Positions 37,701 to 52,080 of a stretch of DNA of 64,000 bases are shown piece after piece. The notes beneath the pieces are model-generated. The model was not told the origin of the DNA. It was given only the letters and a program-made list of their open reading frames with translations, and did no database searches. This DNA is from Octopus bimaculoides (taxonomy: Eukaryota), in contig NC_068981.1 of NCBI RefSeq assembly GCF_001194135.2, positions 199,594,486 through 199,658,485 of the forward strand. Direction: 5' to 3'. Every line of letters begins with the position of its first letter. Within the stretch, counting starts at the first letter, position 1. The position numbers and the translations under genes are program-made.

Positions 37701-39394
37701 TTTACTGCCTCATGTGGTGTGTGTAGGGCTGCAATATCTGTGAGAGCTTATATTGGAGATTGGTCTACCCCAACTTTGGCCATCCACCAATACCATGGAG
37801 TCTGACAAAGAGTTTGACCAGAGCATACACTAACACACCCAAAAACAAACACACACACCCCAACATGGTGGACACCTACCCAATAGACTGTCTTCTACAC
37901 ACACACCCAATATAAACACCTACACACATTGTACTCCTACACACACACCCCATGTACATGTAAAGGTGCCATGAATTTAACCAATACATAAAAGAAAGAA
38001 AACACACTAATGTATACCTTACACCCCCTGCAAAGGTTCTACATATCGCACCCCTTCACAAATTCCATTTCCATTTGGTGCAAATGGGTCTTGTCATGTG
38101 ACTTTTCCAAAAGGTTTCTCACTCATTAAGCTTGGTTTCACTTGGTTCAATTATATAATTCATTTTGTTATTTGCCTGTAACTGGTTGCATACAGAGTTT
38201 CATAGTTTGGAATGGTATGTATATAGGTAATGGGCCTACACATAGTTCCACATGCACAGGTGAACCCACTTTCCCCAAATCCCTGTTATATGTTTCACAT
38301 CACTCTTACATTTTCATCATTTCAGCTAAGAACCTTGATGAATCACAGCAACATCATTCCTTCCCTTATTGATCGATTCATTGTTTCTTAAAATATTTTT
38401 TTTCCTCATTCACCTTCCTTTCTTTTACCTGGTTTTCATTGTGGTTCTTATTATTATTGTTTTAACTCTATTTTATATTTTTTATTATATTTCATTTTTT
38501 TTTTTTCATACTTCATTTCAGATATCTTTCAATTAACCATTAATTAGTTGCCAAAACAGTGAAATTAGAGAAAAAAATTGTGATACTGCATATCAACAAA
38601 AAGTAAAACAAACAATTGAAACAATGGAATAAGTTTTATGTTGAAGGAGAGAAGAGAAGAGAATTTTGAATATTTGGACTGGGGAGAGAGAGGGGGGGGG
38701 ATAGAGGGGGGGAGAGGAAAAGAGAGAGAGAGAGAGAGGAAAAGAAAAGAAAGCTGTAAACAGAAAATGAAAAAAGTGGAGAAATGGTGTTGGTTGGGTT
38801 GAAAGGGAAAACAAACCAAAGATAGGTGATGTGAGTAGAAGAGAAGTGATGCAAGCAATAGGAAGATAGTTGGAATACGGAAAAGATAACGAAGGTTCAG
38901 TAGAGAGGAAAGAACAAAGGGGACACACACACACAGAGTGATTGACTGATGGCCATCTCTCAGAGTCCAAGAAAAACAGTTGTGCAATTTCTTGCAGAAC
39001 AACCTGCACAAATAATTTTGTTTACAGTGGTCAGATATTGATGTGATGTACATTAGCTTGTTTCCTCCATCAAATTGACATTGCCAGAACAGGTGCACTG
39101 TGCACCACATGTCAGATGCAGAGCAATATAAGATGAAGTGTTTTGCTTAAGAATACAATACACCACCTGGTCCAGGAAGTGAGATGATATCACAACCATG
39201 AGTGCAACATTCTACCCACTTGACCATGTGCCCTCACACACAAATACATACATACACGCATATATATATATATATTCATTATTTGCAACAGAAAGCAGTA
39301 TTAGTTTAAAATAGTAATCTGTGTATCATACTTAAAGCAGATACACTGTTGAAAGCCTAGTTATCTGCAGTATTCATCCTGAGACAGTATCACT

Positions 39395-39840
39395 TTTTTA
39401 TAAAAGGTAAAGACTCATTTCAATCATGGATGAAGTTACCCTCCAAAGCACAAGTCCGGGCAAGGTTGTTTATGGAAAACCAGCAATCCCCCATGCATAC
39501 CAGTCTCACCTCCCCACACCATTGATGTTATCCAAAGGAAGGGCAAAGGGGCCGATACTGCTTGGCGCAGCTCATTGCTACAGCTGAGTTAACTGGAGCA
39601 ACATTAAAAAAGTATCTTGCTCAAGAATACAACACACAATTATATTATGTAAAAAGCACCCAGTGGAGTACTCTGTAAAGTGGTTGATGTTAGGAAAGGC
39701 ATCCAGCCATATAAACCCTGCCAGAACAGACATGGTGTCTGGGCAGCTCTCCATCCTTGCCAGCTCCTGTCAAACCGTCCAACCCATGCCAGCATGGGAA
39801 ATGGACATTAAATGATGATGATGATGATGATGATGATGCA
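39395..39840. mobile_element. Reverse-oriented SINE fragment (39395-39640) followed by a plus-strand RTE 3' tail (39650-39840)
   Basis: gctgagttaactggagcaac...gtatcttgctcaagaatacaac is a reversed CORE-like segment. It is followed by aggcatccagcc...aacccatgccagcatgg...(GAT)n. Confidence 0.75.
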
Positions 39841-39910
39841 GGCATATTCTTTTACTGAATTCAATCATTGGACACTCAGTAGACTAGAACACCACTTCTT
39901 TTTTCACACT

Positions 39911-39993
<83 letters not shown>

Positions 39994-42574
39994 TCTCTCT
40001 CTCCCTCTCTCCCTCTCTCTCTCTCTTTCTCTCTCTCTCTCCCTCTCTCTCACATAGAGGAAGAAGCATTGAGAATGTATTCTACATGTGTTAAAAGTGC
40101 ACTGCTGTCTGACAATGAAGTTCTGACGTTACCAACAAAGGATGTAAATTGACAGCAGAATATACAAAGTGAAAAGGAGTCATCAAATGTACAACCGTAG
40201 TCACAAGTTGAATGCAAATCAGTGAGAAAGTGAATAATTAGCAGATACTTTGATTGGTCCAATGACTGGTCTTAACCAATATACCTCCATCATGCGTCAG
40301 ACTTTCACTGTCAATTCAGAAATACATATAATGGTCCAATAGCGAACAGTACGATACATTTACGACATTTCTTTAAATAAAACCATCGGAACAAAGAGGT
40401 TTTAAATTGCTGAACTAAAATGTCAGACAAGTAATTTATTAATTAATGCTTTTATAATAGCTATTGCTATTTTTTTAATTTCTGGTTTTACCTCTTTAAA
40501 GAAGAATTTCTATGACATTTAAAACAACTTTAATCCAACGATGATTGTTAGAAATTGTTGTTAATTAGAAAGTATGTGAGCTTATATTCACAAACTAAAA
40601 CTGATTGTAGCATTACAAATTTGATGAAAAATTTAATGACATTTTCTATCATAAAAGGAAACTTGTTGTTCTATTTATTAGGATCATGTTGTATGATAAA
40701 ATGAAATTATTTGTTGATCCCAAAATTGAGTGACACCTAAGCATATGAGTAACAAAGCATTTAACAATCTTCCATTTTAGAATTGAGTTATTTCGTGGAA
40801 ATCTCAAGAGATTTTGATGCAAACAAAAAACATAGTTGGTCTTTTTGTAGGGAAAATATGTTTCTTCTTTAATTCCTGGTCCTTGACATGACCAAGCAAA
40901 AGGGGAAAAAAGTTAACTTTTAATTTCAAGTAAATATCAGAAATAAGTGATGCCTTCCTGTGTTTCTCTGAAAATGTCTGAGATGAATTTTAATTAATTT
41001 GTCAACAAGAATTCCATGTAAAAGCACAAAATTCTCTTTCTTTTCTCAATTCTCATGTTTTGACCTATAAATATGCAAGACAATGCTGGGAGAGTGTAGT
41101 AAGACACAAAGCTGTCCAAAGCTGACACCAGCATCACAAAAAACATTCATCAAATATAAATCAATTTTAAATTATCAAAATTCCAAACCAGCCTCCACTG
41201 CCCTTTTGCAACCAGCAGGAATCACTGATTTAATAATGCTTCTTCTCATTTCATGACAAACAGTATTTCATAGAATGGTGTGAATATATAAACAAGAAGA
41301 GAGCACAAACATTAACAGTTTTCTTTTCTTGCAGAAGATGCTTTTGAGTAATCTCCCCATTTATAATTCCTTCCACACAGTTTTGGTTTGGAATTTCAGC
41401 TCTTGCTGCCTGGCATTGTCCTTGTCTCCCTGCACAAGTAATTCCTTGAAGAATTTGCAGCTCTCCAAGACAAGATGGGTTGCTTGGGTGCGGAAAAATA
41501 ATATGAAGAGAAGAAAGAAGGGAGAAGGATGACGAGAGCATCGGAGAAGGGTATGTAGACAGATGATACGGTAGAGAGGGAGAGAGGGAGAGAGAAAAGG
41601 AAGAAACAAAGAAAGGAAAGAATGTGATGTGGAGGTCCTCATCAACTGGGGCTGACAATATTGGTGATGTAGCCTTGGCAGAATAAAAGAGGGTAGCTGT
41701 CAGCAGAAACAGAGATTAAGAGGATTGGTGCAGTGCCTCTGCATAGAATAGTATGGCTATGTGATATGAAGTTAAGATAGGATTATATACAGAGAAGCAC
41801 AATTATAGAAGAAGGAAGTAAATTGAGAATGTCACCAGGCTGAAGGACAACAATACCAAATCTCTCATGTTTTTATAGTTTTTATAGAAATTAGTGTGGG
41901 AGAGAGAAAAAGGATTTGAGATTTTTTACTTGTGATATTTGTACATTTGTGAAAAATGTATATTTTAGTTGCACAGGAAATAGATCCAAGAAAGTTCTTC
42001 TGGAATTTTGGTGGTGAGGGCGACTGGAGGTTTGCTGCAAATAAATGGCTGCCCTCGGTCATCTGCTCTGCTGAATCTTAAATAGATGCCATACACATGA
42101 ACAGCTGAACAACAGACTTTATTGTAAGTCATGTCCCAGAGTAAATGGCTGTCAATTTGTCCTCTGCCCAGTCATAAATATTTGCATAGATATCCACATT
42201 AACACCTAAATAACAAACTTCAATGTGTGCTGCCTTGTCCCATGATAATATTAATAACAATAATAAATATTTCATAAGATAGCAAGCATATTGAATATGA
42301 CAGCATATGAATACATAAACAACATAACATAAAGTAGAATATAGAAAAATTTTAAAAAAATTTAAATTATGGAATGCTTCTCTTTTCTTTCCTTTCTTTT
42401 CCTACGGTGGTTTTTTTTCTTTTCTCTTTTTTCTTTTTTAAGTTTCAAAATGGTAAATGTGCCATTTCTTAATATTTTGTTGTGAGAAAATGGCTGCCCT
42501 TCTATCCTTTCTATTTGTATAAACACACACATGCACATGCACACACATACACGCACACACACACACGCACACAC

Positions 42575-42611
<37 letters not shown>

Positions 42612-42839
42612 ATGTACATATATATTCATTTGTTTTATGTCCATTCTTCTACACTGACAAAGATCAAACAAACACATACTGCTGAAGCATTAATGAGATT
42701 AAGAAAGACCCCAAGAAATGTTATGAGAAGAGATTTTGAATGTGGAAAATGTGTGAAAGAAAGGGTATCTACCTGAAGTTCACACAACTGAAAAACCAGC
42801 TATTAGGGTAGATAGTTATGATTTAAAATGGTTAGTAAA

Positions 42840-44106
42840 GATATGAAGTAAAGAAAGCAACTGGTGCAGCTGGTCTACTCTTTGAGATATTGAAAATATC
42901 TAGGGAAATATGTCAACAATGTTATACAAGAAAGTATCATACCTGTTGACTGGAATAATAGTAGTAGAATGATAAACTACTAACAAGGGCAAAGGAGATG
43001 CTCTAGAAAGAATTTCAGAGATATCAAACAGATGGAACAAGAAATGAAAGTAAGAGGTAAGTGTTAACACGAGTGATTAGAAAAAGAATCCTTGTGAAAC
43101 GTGATGCAGTTCAGATTCATCTCAGGTCAGAGCCCTCTTTATAGGGAAACAACAGCAAAAGTTCCTAGCCAAGAGAAAACCTCTTTAGCTAGTATTTGTT
43201 GATCTGAATACGACAGTCGATGTATGGCATGGTGAGTGCTAAGAAAACTAGGAGTTGAAGAATGGCTCCTGAAAACAGTGAAAGCCACACAGAGATGCAG
43301 TTTCTGCCAAGAGTGAGTTGGCAATGAGTTCAGTGAAGAATTTAGATTATAAGTGGGTGTCCACCAAGGCTCAGTTCTCAGACCCTTCAGTACTGTAGAC
43401 CATAACAGTATAGTTTAAGACTGGTTTCCCATGTGAACTTGCACATGCTGGTGACCTAATTATTATAGCAGAGACTAAAAGAGAGTTTGAGAAAAATTTC
43501 CAAATGTGAATAGAAAACCTAGAATCAAGAGGCCTCAGAACAAATTTAGAGGAAACTAAATGTCTTTTAGTAGGAAAGAAAAAAGGATTCTTATACTATC
43601 AGAAGAATGGCTGTAGTCAATATTCAGAAAAGGAAGTTCCCTACAATGAAATTAGAAATTCCTGGTCGTATAACTAATAGAGTCCATGAATACAATGTTG
43701 TATGATAATAAGACATAGAGACTGAATGCAGAAGATGAGCAAAGATTGGAAAGAAAGTGTGGTTTGCTGGAGATGTAATGTATTGTGTGCATGAATGACC
43801 AGGCACAAATAAACTGAGAATAAAACTGGGTATAAAAGGAACCAATTGCAGTGTGTGAAGATGTTGACTACTGTTATGGATATGTAATGTGTATGAAGAG
43901 CCAGAAGATTGATGTAGAAGGAATATATAGAAGAGGAAGAATAAACAAGACGTTGGCAAAAGTGGTGAAAGCTGATCACATGCAGCTGAACCTTTCAAAG
44001 GAGACGGCCATAGAATGCAACAAATTGTAAGGCAATGCATTGGAGAAGACATGTCCAGCTCATACAAGCATAAAAGAAAGGACATCTAAAAATATGAGGA
44101 TGATAC

Positions 44107-44110
<4 letters not shown>
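42840..44110 (+). mobile_element. Strongly decayed RTE LINE (RT to 3' tail)
   Basis: KGKGDALE, LVFVDL, LRKLGVEEWL, GVHQGSVL, ELAHAGDL (degenerate YADD), LESRGLR, then a C-terminal remnant and a short tail. Confidence 0.8.
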
Positions 44111-44169
<59 letters not shown>

Positions 44170-44197
44170 TAGATAGACAGACAGATAGATAGATAGA
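44107..44197. repeat. (AGAC)n/(AGAT)n microsatellite
   Basis: Tetranucleotide run directly after the RTE tail. Confidence 0.95.
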
Positions 44198-44560
44198 AAG
44201 ATAGACATACATAAATATACAGAAACATGTCCATACATACATGCATACATATACACACAAACTCATATATATACATACCAATATACAAACACATACATAT
44301 CTACAATTCAACTTACTCCACATATATACAATCGCTTGTTTTTGTTTGTTGTTATCTTTTTTATGTTTCACATTTATTTTTCCTCATCAGAATTAAATAT
44401 AGAAGATTGAAATTTAATCATTGATCAGTATACATTTACAACCTAATTTAGATATACATCAGTCTCTCTTTCTCACTCTTATTCTCTCTCTCTCTCTTCC
44501 TTTCTCTGTGTGTGTGTATATATATATATATATATGTATGGATGTATATATATATATACA

Positions 44561-44595
<35 letters not shown>

Positions 44596-45771
44596 NNNNN
44601 NNNNNNNNNNNNNNNNNNNNNNNNNNNNNNNNNNNNNNNNNNNNNNNNNNNNNNNNNNNNNNNNNNNNNNNNNNNNNNNNNNNNNNNNNNNNNNNNNNNN
44701 NNNNNNNNNNNNNNNNNNNNNNNNNNNNNNNNNNNNNNNNNNNNNNNNNNNNNNNNNNNNNNNNNNNNNNNNNNNNNNNNNNNNNNNNNNNNNNNNNNNN
44801 NNNNNNNNNNNNNNNNNNNNNNNNNNNNNNNNNNNNNNNNNNNNNNNNNNNNNNNNNNNNNNNNNNNNNNNNNNNNNNNNNNNNNNNNNNNNNNNNNNNN
44901 NNNNNNNNNNNNNNNNNNNNNNNNNNNNNNNNNNNNNNNNNNNNNNNNNNNNNNNNNNNNNNNNNNNNNNNNNNNNNNNNNNNNNNNNNNNNNNNNNNNN
45001 NNNNNNNNNNNNNNNNNNNNNNNNNNNNNNNNNNNNNNNNNNNNNNNNNNNNNNNNNNNNNNNNNNNNNNNNNNNNNNNNNNNNNNNNNNNNNNNNNNNN
45101 NNNNNNNNNNNNNNNNNNNNNNNNNNNNNNNNNNNNNNNNNNNNNNNNNNNNNNNNNNNNNNNNNNNNNNNNNNNNNNNNNNNNNNNNNNNNNNNNNNNN
45201 NNNNNNNNNNNNNNNNNNNNNNNNNNNNNNNNNNNNNNNNNNNNNNNNNNNNNNNNNNNNNNNNNNNNNNNNNNNNNNNNNNNNNNNNNNNNNNNNNNNN
45301 NNNNNNNNNNNNNNNNNNNNNNNTATATATATATATATATATGTATGTATGTAAGTATGTATATATGTAAATATGTACGTTTGTGTGTATGTATTTTCCT
45401 TTGATCAAATATGATTGCAGACAAAACTTGAAATGTAATTATGATAGAAGTCTGCATTTGAAGTTGAATGAATCCAGTTTTTGGCTGTGAAGGGAATCAC
45501 AGAACACAAAGACAACTACAAAAACACCAATCATCATCACAACTTACCCAGACACAATTCTTCTCAAAGCAATAAGATTTTGTTTTGTTTACCTGTTTAT
45601 TTTTAACTTCACTAATTTAAAAATACTTGTCTATCATTGCATAACTAAACAGTTTCTCTCTTACTTTCTCCCTATCTCACTCTTTCACTTCTCTCTCTCT
45701 CTCTCTCTCACTCTTAATAAGAACATAGAAACACACATGCATATATGCATATATATGTATGTATATATATG

Positions 45772-45802
<31 letters not shown>

Positions 45803-45834
45803 CATGTATGACACCCACACATATGTATGCATGT

Positions 45835-45882
<48 letters not shown>

Positions 45883-45989
45883 TGTACATGCATTTTTTAC
45901 AGGCAGATAGATGGACAGATGAACAGATGGACAGACTAACAGACGAACAGACTGACAGACAGACCGACAGACAGATACACAGACACAGA

Positions 45990-46695
45990 CTCTCCCTGGC
46001 AAAGAATGTACCCCCACCACCCCAGCATAGACTAGTCATTAGTGATTTTAGACTCCAGACCAGAAGGATGCCAAGAATCAGACCAATCTGGAAAAGAAGG
46101 ATTTGAAAGCTTAAGGACCCTTTCCCATGGTCAGAGATTTCTCTGAGAAATTTAATGATGAGGAGGAACTGCAGGCTTGTAAGATAGGGAACAACTAGGA
46201 ATTCCTGCAAGATAACTTGCTGAGTGCCACAGACCAAATCTGTGGCTGGTGCAAAGTCCCATCCAGACCTAGGTGGTGGAATGATACTGTAGACAAGGTC
46301 ATTAGAGCAAAGAAACAGGCCTGGAAGGACTGGAAGTGTTGGGGTAGCAGGGAACTGTATCAGATAGCCAGGAAGGAAGCTAGGGGACAGATATATCTAG
46401 CCAGGAGAGAAGCAGAAAAGACGTTTGCCTATGTTTTATGATGTGAGGACCAGAGACTTGAAGTATTTTGGATTTCATGACAGTATGTGAGAGAAAATCG
46501 TGATATCATANNNNNNNNNNAGGACCAGAGACTTGAAGTATTTTGGATTTCATGACAGTATGTGAGAGAAAATCGTGATATCATAGGAGAGAAATGTGTT
46601 CATATGGTTGATGGTGCACTTGTATTTAATGATTCTGCAAAGAAAGAGGCTGGGAAATGCCATTATGAAAGGCTGCTGAATGTAGAAAATGAATG
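45990..46695 (+). mobile_element. RTE LINE fragment (end of APE plus linker)
   Basis: PQHRLVISDF, LLSATDQICGWCKVPSRPRWWNDTVDKVIRAKKQAWKDWK and HYERLLNVENE. Confidence 0.88.
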
Positions 46696-47425
46696 CTCTC
46701 CACACAAATAAAGTAACTCCAAAACTACTAAAATATATTAAACATGCAATGGCAAACTGGAAAACCAGTATAACATTGAAAAATGAATCAGAAGCCATTA
46801 AAACCTGCCCTATTTCTCAATAATAAGGGGTATTTTCCCAGGAGGCTTGCTGTCACCCCTGCTTTTATGCCTTTCTCTGACACCACTTACTAACTTGTTA
46901 ACCAAAACCACATGGGTTGCAGATGCTATCAACAAACAATAAACCATCTCCTATACATGAATGATTTTAAAATTTTCACTAAAAATACCATGGAACAGAG
47001 AAAACTTCTGAAAATTGTCCATAGTTTCAGCAAGGACTTCTCGATGAGCACGGGGTTGGACAAATGGGCCAAAGTGACACTAAGAAGAAGCAAATTAATC
47101 GGCACTAAAACACAGACACAGAAATCAAAGAATTAGACCACCATCACCCATACAAATATCCTGGAATAGACGGAACAAATATCCTGGAATAGACAGAACA
47201 GCTAAAATACAACAGACAGAAATGAAAGAGAAAATTTGGAGAGAGTATTACAGAAGAGTTAGACCAATATTAAACACTGAACTTGATGCCAAAAATTAGG
47301 TAATAGAGATAAACATGCTTGTCATACCAGTCATAAATTACAGTTTTAACATAATAAACTGGAAGATCAGTGAATTGAGAAACTTAGATAGAAAAACCAG
47401 AAAACTACTAACATCAGACAGAATA
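46691..47425 (+). mobile_element. R4/Dong-like RT fragment
   Basis: RGIFPGGLLSPLLLCL, INHLLYMNDFKIF (YMDD-like), GLDKWAK, YYRRVRPILNTELDAKN and LDRKTRKLLT. Contains a 23-bp tandem duplication at 47152-47197. Confidence 0.88.
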
Positions 47426-47504
47426 TATATCGTTATGATAATTGATGTTCTGATATTGATGATATTGATGATATTGATGTTCTGATCTTGTGTAATTTGT
47501 TGTA

Positions 47505-48100
47505 TAGTCATCATCATCATTCATCATTTTAAATCTGGGTTTAAATCCGGGTTTTGTCCCCATTAACGGGGGTGGCTGGATCTACCTTAATGATATAGCA
47601 ACCGCTCTCACACCATCTCGCCCAGTTTTGGGTGTCCTCTCTTCTCAAGCCAACCCTCCCAATCTCCTCCTCCACCTGTCCCCTCCATGTTTTCCTTGGT
47701 CTGCCTTGCTTTTGCTGTCCATTTACCTCAAACTCTAGCACCCTCTTCAGAACATGCTCCTCATCCCCACTTAACACATGCCCATACCACTGCACTCCAT
47801 TCGCCCTTGCCAACCATTCCACTGATTCCTCCAACCCCAGCATCCCCATCAAGTCCTCAGTCCTCCTCTTATCAAACAGCCTCACTTCACGCATCCCTCT
47901 CACCATCGCTCTCTCAGTCCTTCTCAAAATTGCCATCTCTCTCTCTCTCTCTCCCCCAAACACCATGTCTCACACCCATACAGCATTGCAGCTCTCACAC
48001 AACTCCTATAGACCCTTCCTTTCATATTTAATGAGAATCTTTTCCCATATAACAACGCCCATTACAGTAGTAAAGGAGTCACTTATTGTTAATTATAAAG
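47505..48100 (-). mobile_element. RTE LINE (second family) 3' end with (GAT)n tail
   Basis: EMAILRRTERAMVRGM..LARANGVQWYGHVL..GRPRKTW..DPATPVNGDKT, then a GAT tail at about 47505-47530. Confidence 0.9.
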
Positions 48101-49623
48101 ATGGCCTCCATTGCCTAGTTTCTGTAATAATGTGTATTCAGTGGCCAATGATTGCATTCTTACAATGAATATTTTCTTTGCTTCTGTTACCTTTGTAATC
48201 TCTTCTTAGATTAATTATCATTGTCATCATCATCCTCATTATCATTTGACGTCTATGTTTCATACTGGTATGGGTGGAACGGTTTGACAGGACCTGACAC
48301 ATTCAAAGACTACATCTGCAGTTGGACACTCTTCCTAACGCCAACCCCTTCCCTTCATGTAATTGCTGTTTGTTTTTTTATGCCACCACCACTAGTGAGG
48401 TCACCCCATAGTTTGAAGGGCCAAGGACCCTAAGGAATGGGGTGGCTTTATACTAAGAGATGAGGGATTGAAGTATAAGAGAAGGAGAGAGAGTAGGTTT
48501 CTTGCTTTTGAGGAGTTACGTGGCTTTTCGTATTAGAAGAGAGATTGAAAATGGTCAGGTGGAGCTTGAGGTGAACAGGTGAATAGAGGTGAGGGAGATC
48601 AGACGAGTGGCGGGGGTGAAAGAGTATATGTAAGAATGACAGAGGGTGAAATGAATGAGGAGAAGGGAAACGGGTCACAACTGTAAAGGGGGTCAAAGGA
48701 TGACTGTAATGAATGGTGGATAAGGGGTGGGGTACAGCTATTGATAAATGAGTTGGAAGAAGGGGTTGAGGGAAACTGAAAAAATACTTATTAATTCAAT
48801 TTTGATGGTTATATGTTATGATCGATTATTAAGTTTGGTGTTATTAATTAAAGATTTTTAGCAATTGGGGTTTGTAACCTTTTATTCTTGTCATTAGCAA
48901 GGGTTGTTTCCAATCTTCATGGATTCTATAAATTATAACTGAGGACATTTGTAATTAGAAATACACCATATTTTTTTTTAATCTTTGCTATGGTGGTTTT
49001 AAATTGTTCTTCTTGGTGTTATGCTCTTGTTTGTGTTGGTTCTTCTAATTTCATGTTTCTTTTGATCAAATTTATTTCCATTAATTAAAACTTCCTCTGT
49101 CTTTCTTTGTAAAGCACTTTGTTACAGAAGACAACCATCTTAGTTTACTGTAATAAACAAACTGTTGTTGCCATTATTGTTGTTGCTGTTGTTGTTGTTG
49201 TTGTTGTGTTTGAATAATGTTGAATTTAAAAGAAATACGGAATCACTGTGAGTTTCTTTTATCATTGAATGCTTCACGTGGTTGTTATTGTTTTTCTTTA
49301 CAACACTGATCCAAATATTGCTAATTTATTTGTTCTTATTACCAATAACCTTGTTTCATTTCAATTAGATCTTCTTCCTTTCTATATTATTATTATTATT
49401 ATTCAAATGGTTTTGCTACACTTAAAGAATTCCTTTAAAGTTTCTGTCTTTTCCTGTTTCATTGAATTTGGTAATAATCTTGTTTTGATTTGGTAATGAT
49501 GACAAAACATTGGTGAGCTTACAGCTATTTTTATGTTAGAAAGACAGACAAATGACTGAAAGAAATTTCTAAGGCATACACACACATATCTACATAGGCA
49601 TATGAGTAAATATTGTAAAACTG

Positions 49624-49669
<46 letters not shown>

Positions 49670-50159
49670 GCATCTATAGAAATCCACACCTAACAAGATA
49701 GTAATCTGGGAGTCGCACCAATGGATTCCTCATGGTCGAAAATGCCCGGAATCAGTCATTTTTTTTTTTTTTTTTTTTTGCTTCCTAAGAGGTGAATTTT
49801 TGCATTAAAAATAATTTTAAAACATAACTTCTAACAATTTTCAAGTCGGAGAAATACACCAGTATTTGCAAACATGAGTTAAGTCCCCTTCTAACGACGG
49901 TGTAAAGAGAGAGAGACAGAGAGAGAGAGAGACAGAGAGAGAGACAGAGAGAGAGACAGACAGAGGGAGAGACAGACAGACAGACAGACAGACAGAGACA
50001 GAGAGAGAGAGAGATAACAGATTAATTCTGTTATCTTAATTCTCTTGCTTAAATAGTCATTGCCAACAAGAGTCTCGCTTTCGTCTCACACATGGCAAAT
50101 GGCTGCAGGTGAGATCTTGCTCCTGTCTCGGACATGGTAATGGCTACCGACAAGATCTG

Positions 50160-51078
50160 ATACAAAATGGCTACAAATTCGCCATAAATGTTCTCTTTTT
50201 CCTGGACTTTTGATTGTACATTTACATCTGCTGACCTCCACAACAGGACTTTTGTTCCCTACCCCACAGCACAATATCAGGTCTTTAATGTTTGCACTAA
50301 ATTGATGTTTTTATTAGGATGTTCCACCAGTATTCCTTGTTTTTAAAGTTGTGAATACCTGCTGGTTCTGACATGCCTTTGATGTATACGTCAGGGCAGT
50401 CCTTGCTGCAGATAACATTGTAAACAGTCTTTGCAACTATATCATGCTTCAGGGGCACATCCTTCTAGGTGGGATGTAATGTATCAATCAGAGCTCCAGG
50501 AGAGTCTACTCTCCCTGCTGCCAACACTGTTGTTGCCCTCTAGCTTACAGGACATGTACTACCCAGGCATTGCTTTTTGTCTGCTTCTCCTCCTTTGGAT
50601 CACATGAGACACCTCCAGGCTCAGAATACTTATTCAGTAGTTCTTCTCCAACTCTGAAGTTGTTGCGCTCACTTCTGATTATTCACAGAATTTACTAATT
50701 TCTTCCTTCACTGTTCATCAGGTGTTGTCTGAGTGATACAAATACAGCATTCAAAGGCTGTTTGGACTGACCTTATGCCTCTACTGCCATCACTTCGTCT
50801 CATATAAATCTTACCAGTGTCACTGCCAAGACAAAAAACATTACAGATAAACTATCACCCTGGAAAATGCCTGTTGATAGTTTAATTCTGTCTGTAACAA
50901 TACGCATTACTTTAGTAGTTATCAGTGATAACTGTGTGAACCAATTTGCAGTCAGTTTTTCAATGGCATTCTCTAAAGCAGCTGATACTTTGGCAAGTTG
51001 TAGAGTTTCTATGACCCATGGGTGGGGCACAGAGCCAAACACCTTCTTGTAATCTAGCTGTGTCATTAAGAGATTATG
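50160..51078 (-). mobile_element. R4/Dong-like element with large internal deletions
   Basis: LDYKKVFGSVPHPW..GIFQGDSLS jumps directly to KIYMRRSDGSRGIRSVQTAF. Later segments read VAKTVYNVICSKDCPD, NKEYWWNI, RPDIVLW and KVQEKENIYG; same family as 19915-21228. Confidence 0.88.
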
Positions 51079-51709
51079 GCAAGGTGTGTGTGTGTGTGTG
51101 TGTGTGTGTGGAAGGAGTAAATTAATTGAGCAGTATTTGAAAATAATTAATAAATATCATTATTCATTGATTTATTTGGGTTTTCCATAAGAAATTGAAT
51201 GCAGAAATGGAATGAATATTATTATATAGATTTATGATTATATTTATTTAACTTCCTGTTTTAATTTTTTGATAAAAATGAATGTATTTTAATTAAGAAT
51301 GATAGTAATTATTTTCTTCTTTTGGTAATTTTATCTTGAGAATAGGATTTATTAGATTACTTAAAAATAAAACAATATTTTCTTGAATTACTTGAAGATT
51401 ATATTGAGCAGAATAATTAACAGAAATGCCAAAGTTAATTTATTAATCAAAATAATGATGAAAATAGTTGACAATCAATTGTTGTTCATTAGTATCATGT
51501 ATACAAATATATAAGTTATAAAAATTTTCTGAGTTTCACAGAGTTGAATCTTCAGCAAGAGTTTCGACTTGATCTTTAGTCCATTCCTTGTTCCTGTTTT
51601 TCTGGCTGACATTCAGGCCGGACATCTAACTGCAGGGATCTCACTCGTGTAGGAGGAACCTACAAAGTTCACACATAAAAGTGAATGTTATCATTGAGGA
51701 TTAAGGTGG

Positions 51710-51718
51710 TAGTAGTAG

Positions 51719-51771
<53 letters not shown>

Positions 51772-51790
51772 TGTAGTAGTTGTAGTAGTT
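51710..51790. repeat. (TAG)n microsatellite
   Basis: About 25 TAG/TTG units. Confidence 0.95.
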
Positions 51791-52036
51791 AAACTGTTGT
51801 AGTTAAATGTTTGATTTCAAATGAGATTTCACTTTATTCATTGGTACATTTTCTTCAACATTTGTAAATATTTACATCCAGATTCAACCCCATGCTGTGT
51901 TAACCTTGGGCAAATGTCTTCCACTGTAGATTCAAATTGATCAATGCCTTATCAGGGGAATTCAATTAGCAGAAACATTAGGAAAATTTATCACATATAT
52001 TTATATATACGTGCACACACACACGCGCACACACAC

Positions 52037-52080
<44 letters not shown>

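Noticed and set aside
44421-45457. Long ORFs of 280-330 aa (also those spanning the gaps at 26.6, 29.6, 32.6-33.0, 35.6 and 61.7 kb)
   Set aside because: They consist of N-gap X residues plus dinucleotide-repeat translations. Only the flanks of the 32.6-33.0 kb gap encode real (Penelope) protein.
46445-46585. Apparent 65-bp duplication in the RTE fragment
   Set aside because: Same pattern around the 10-N gap at 46511-46520; assembly artefact.
47632-48168. 178-aa plus-strand ORF and other 100-180 aa ORFs such as 21605-22147, 38565-39110 and 43624-44085
   Set aside because: Antisense readings of LINE remnants or of purine/pyrimidine-skewed low-complexity DNA.
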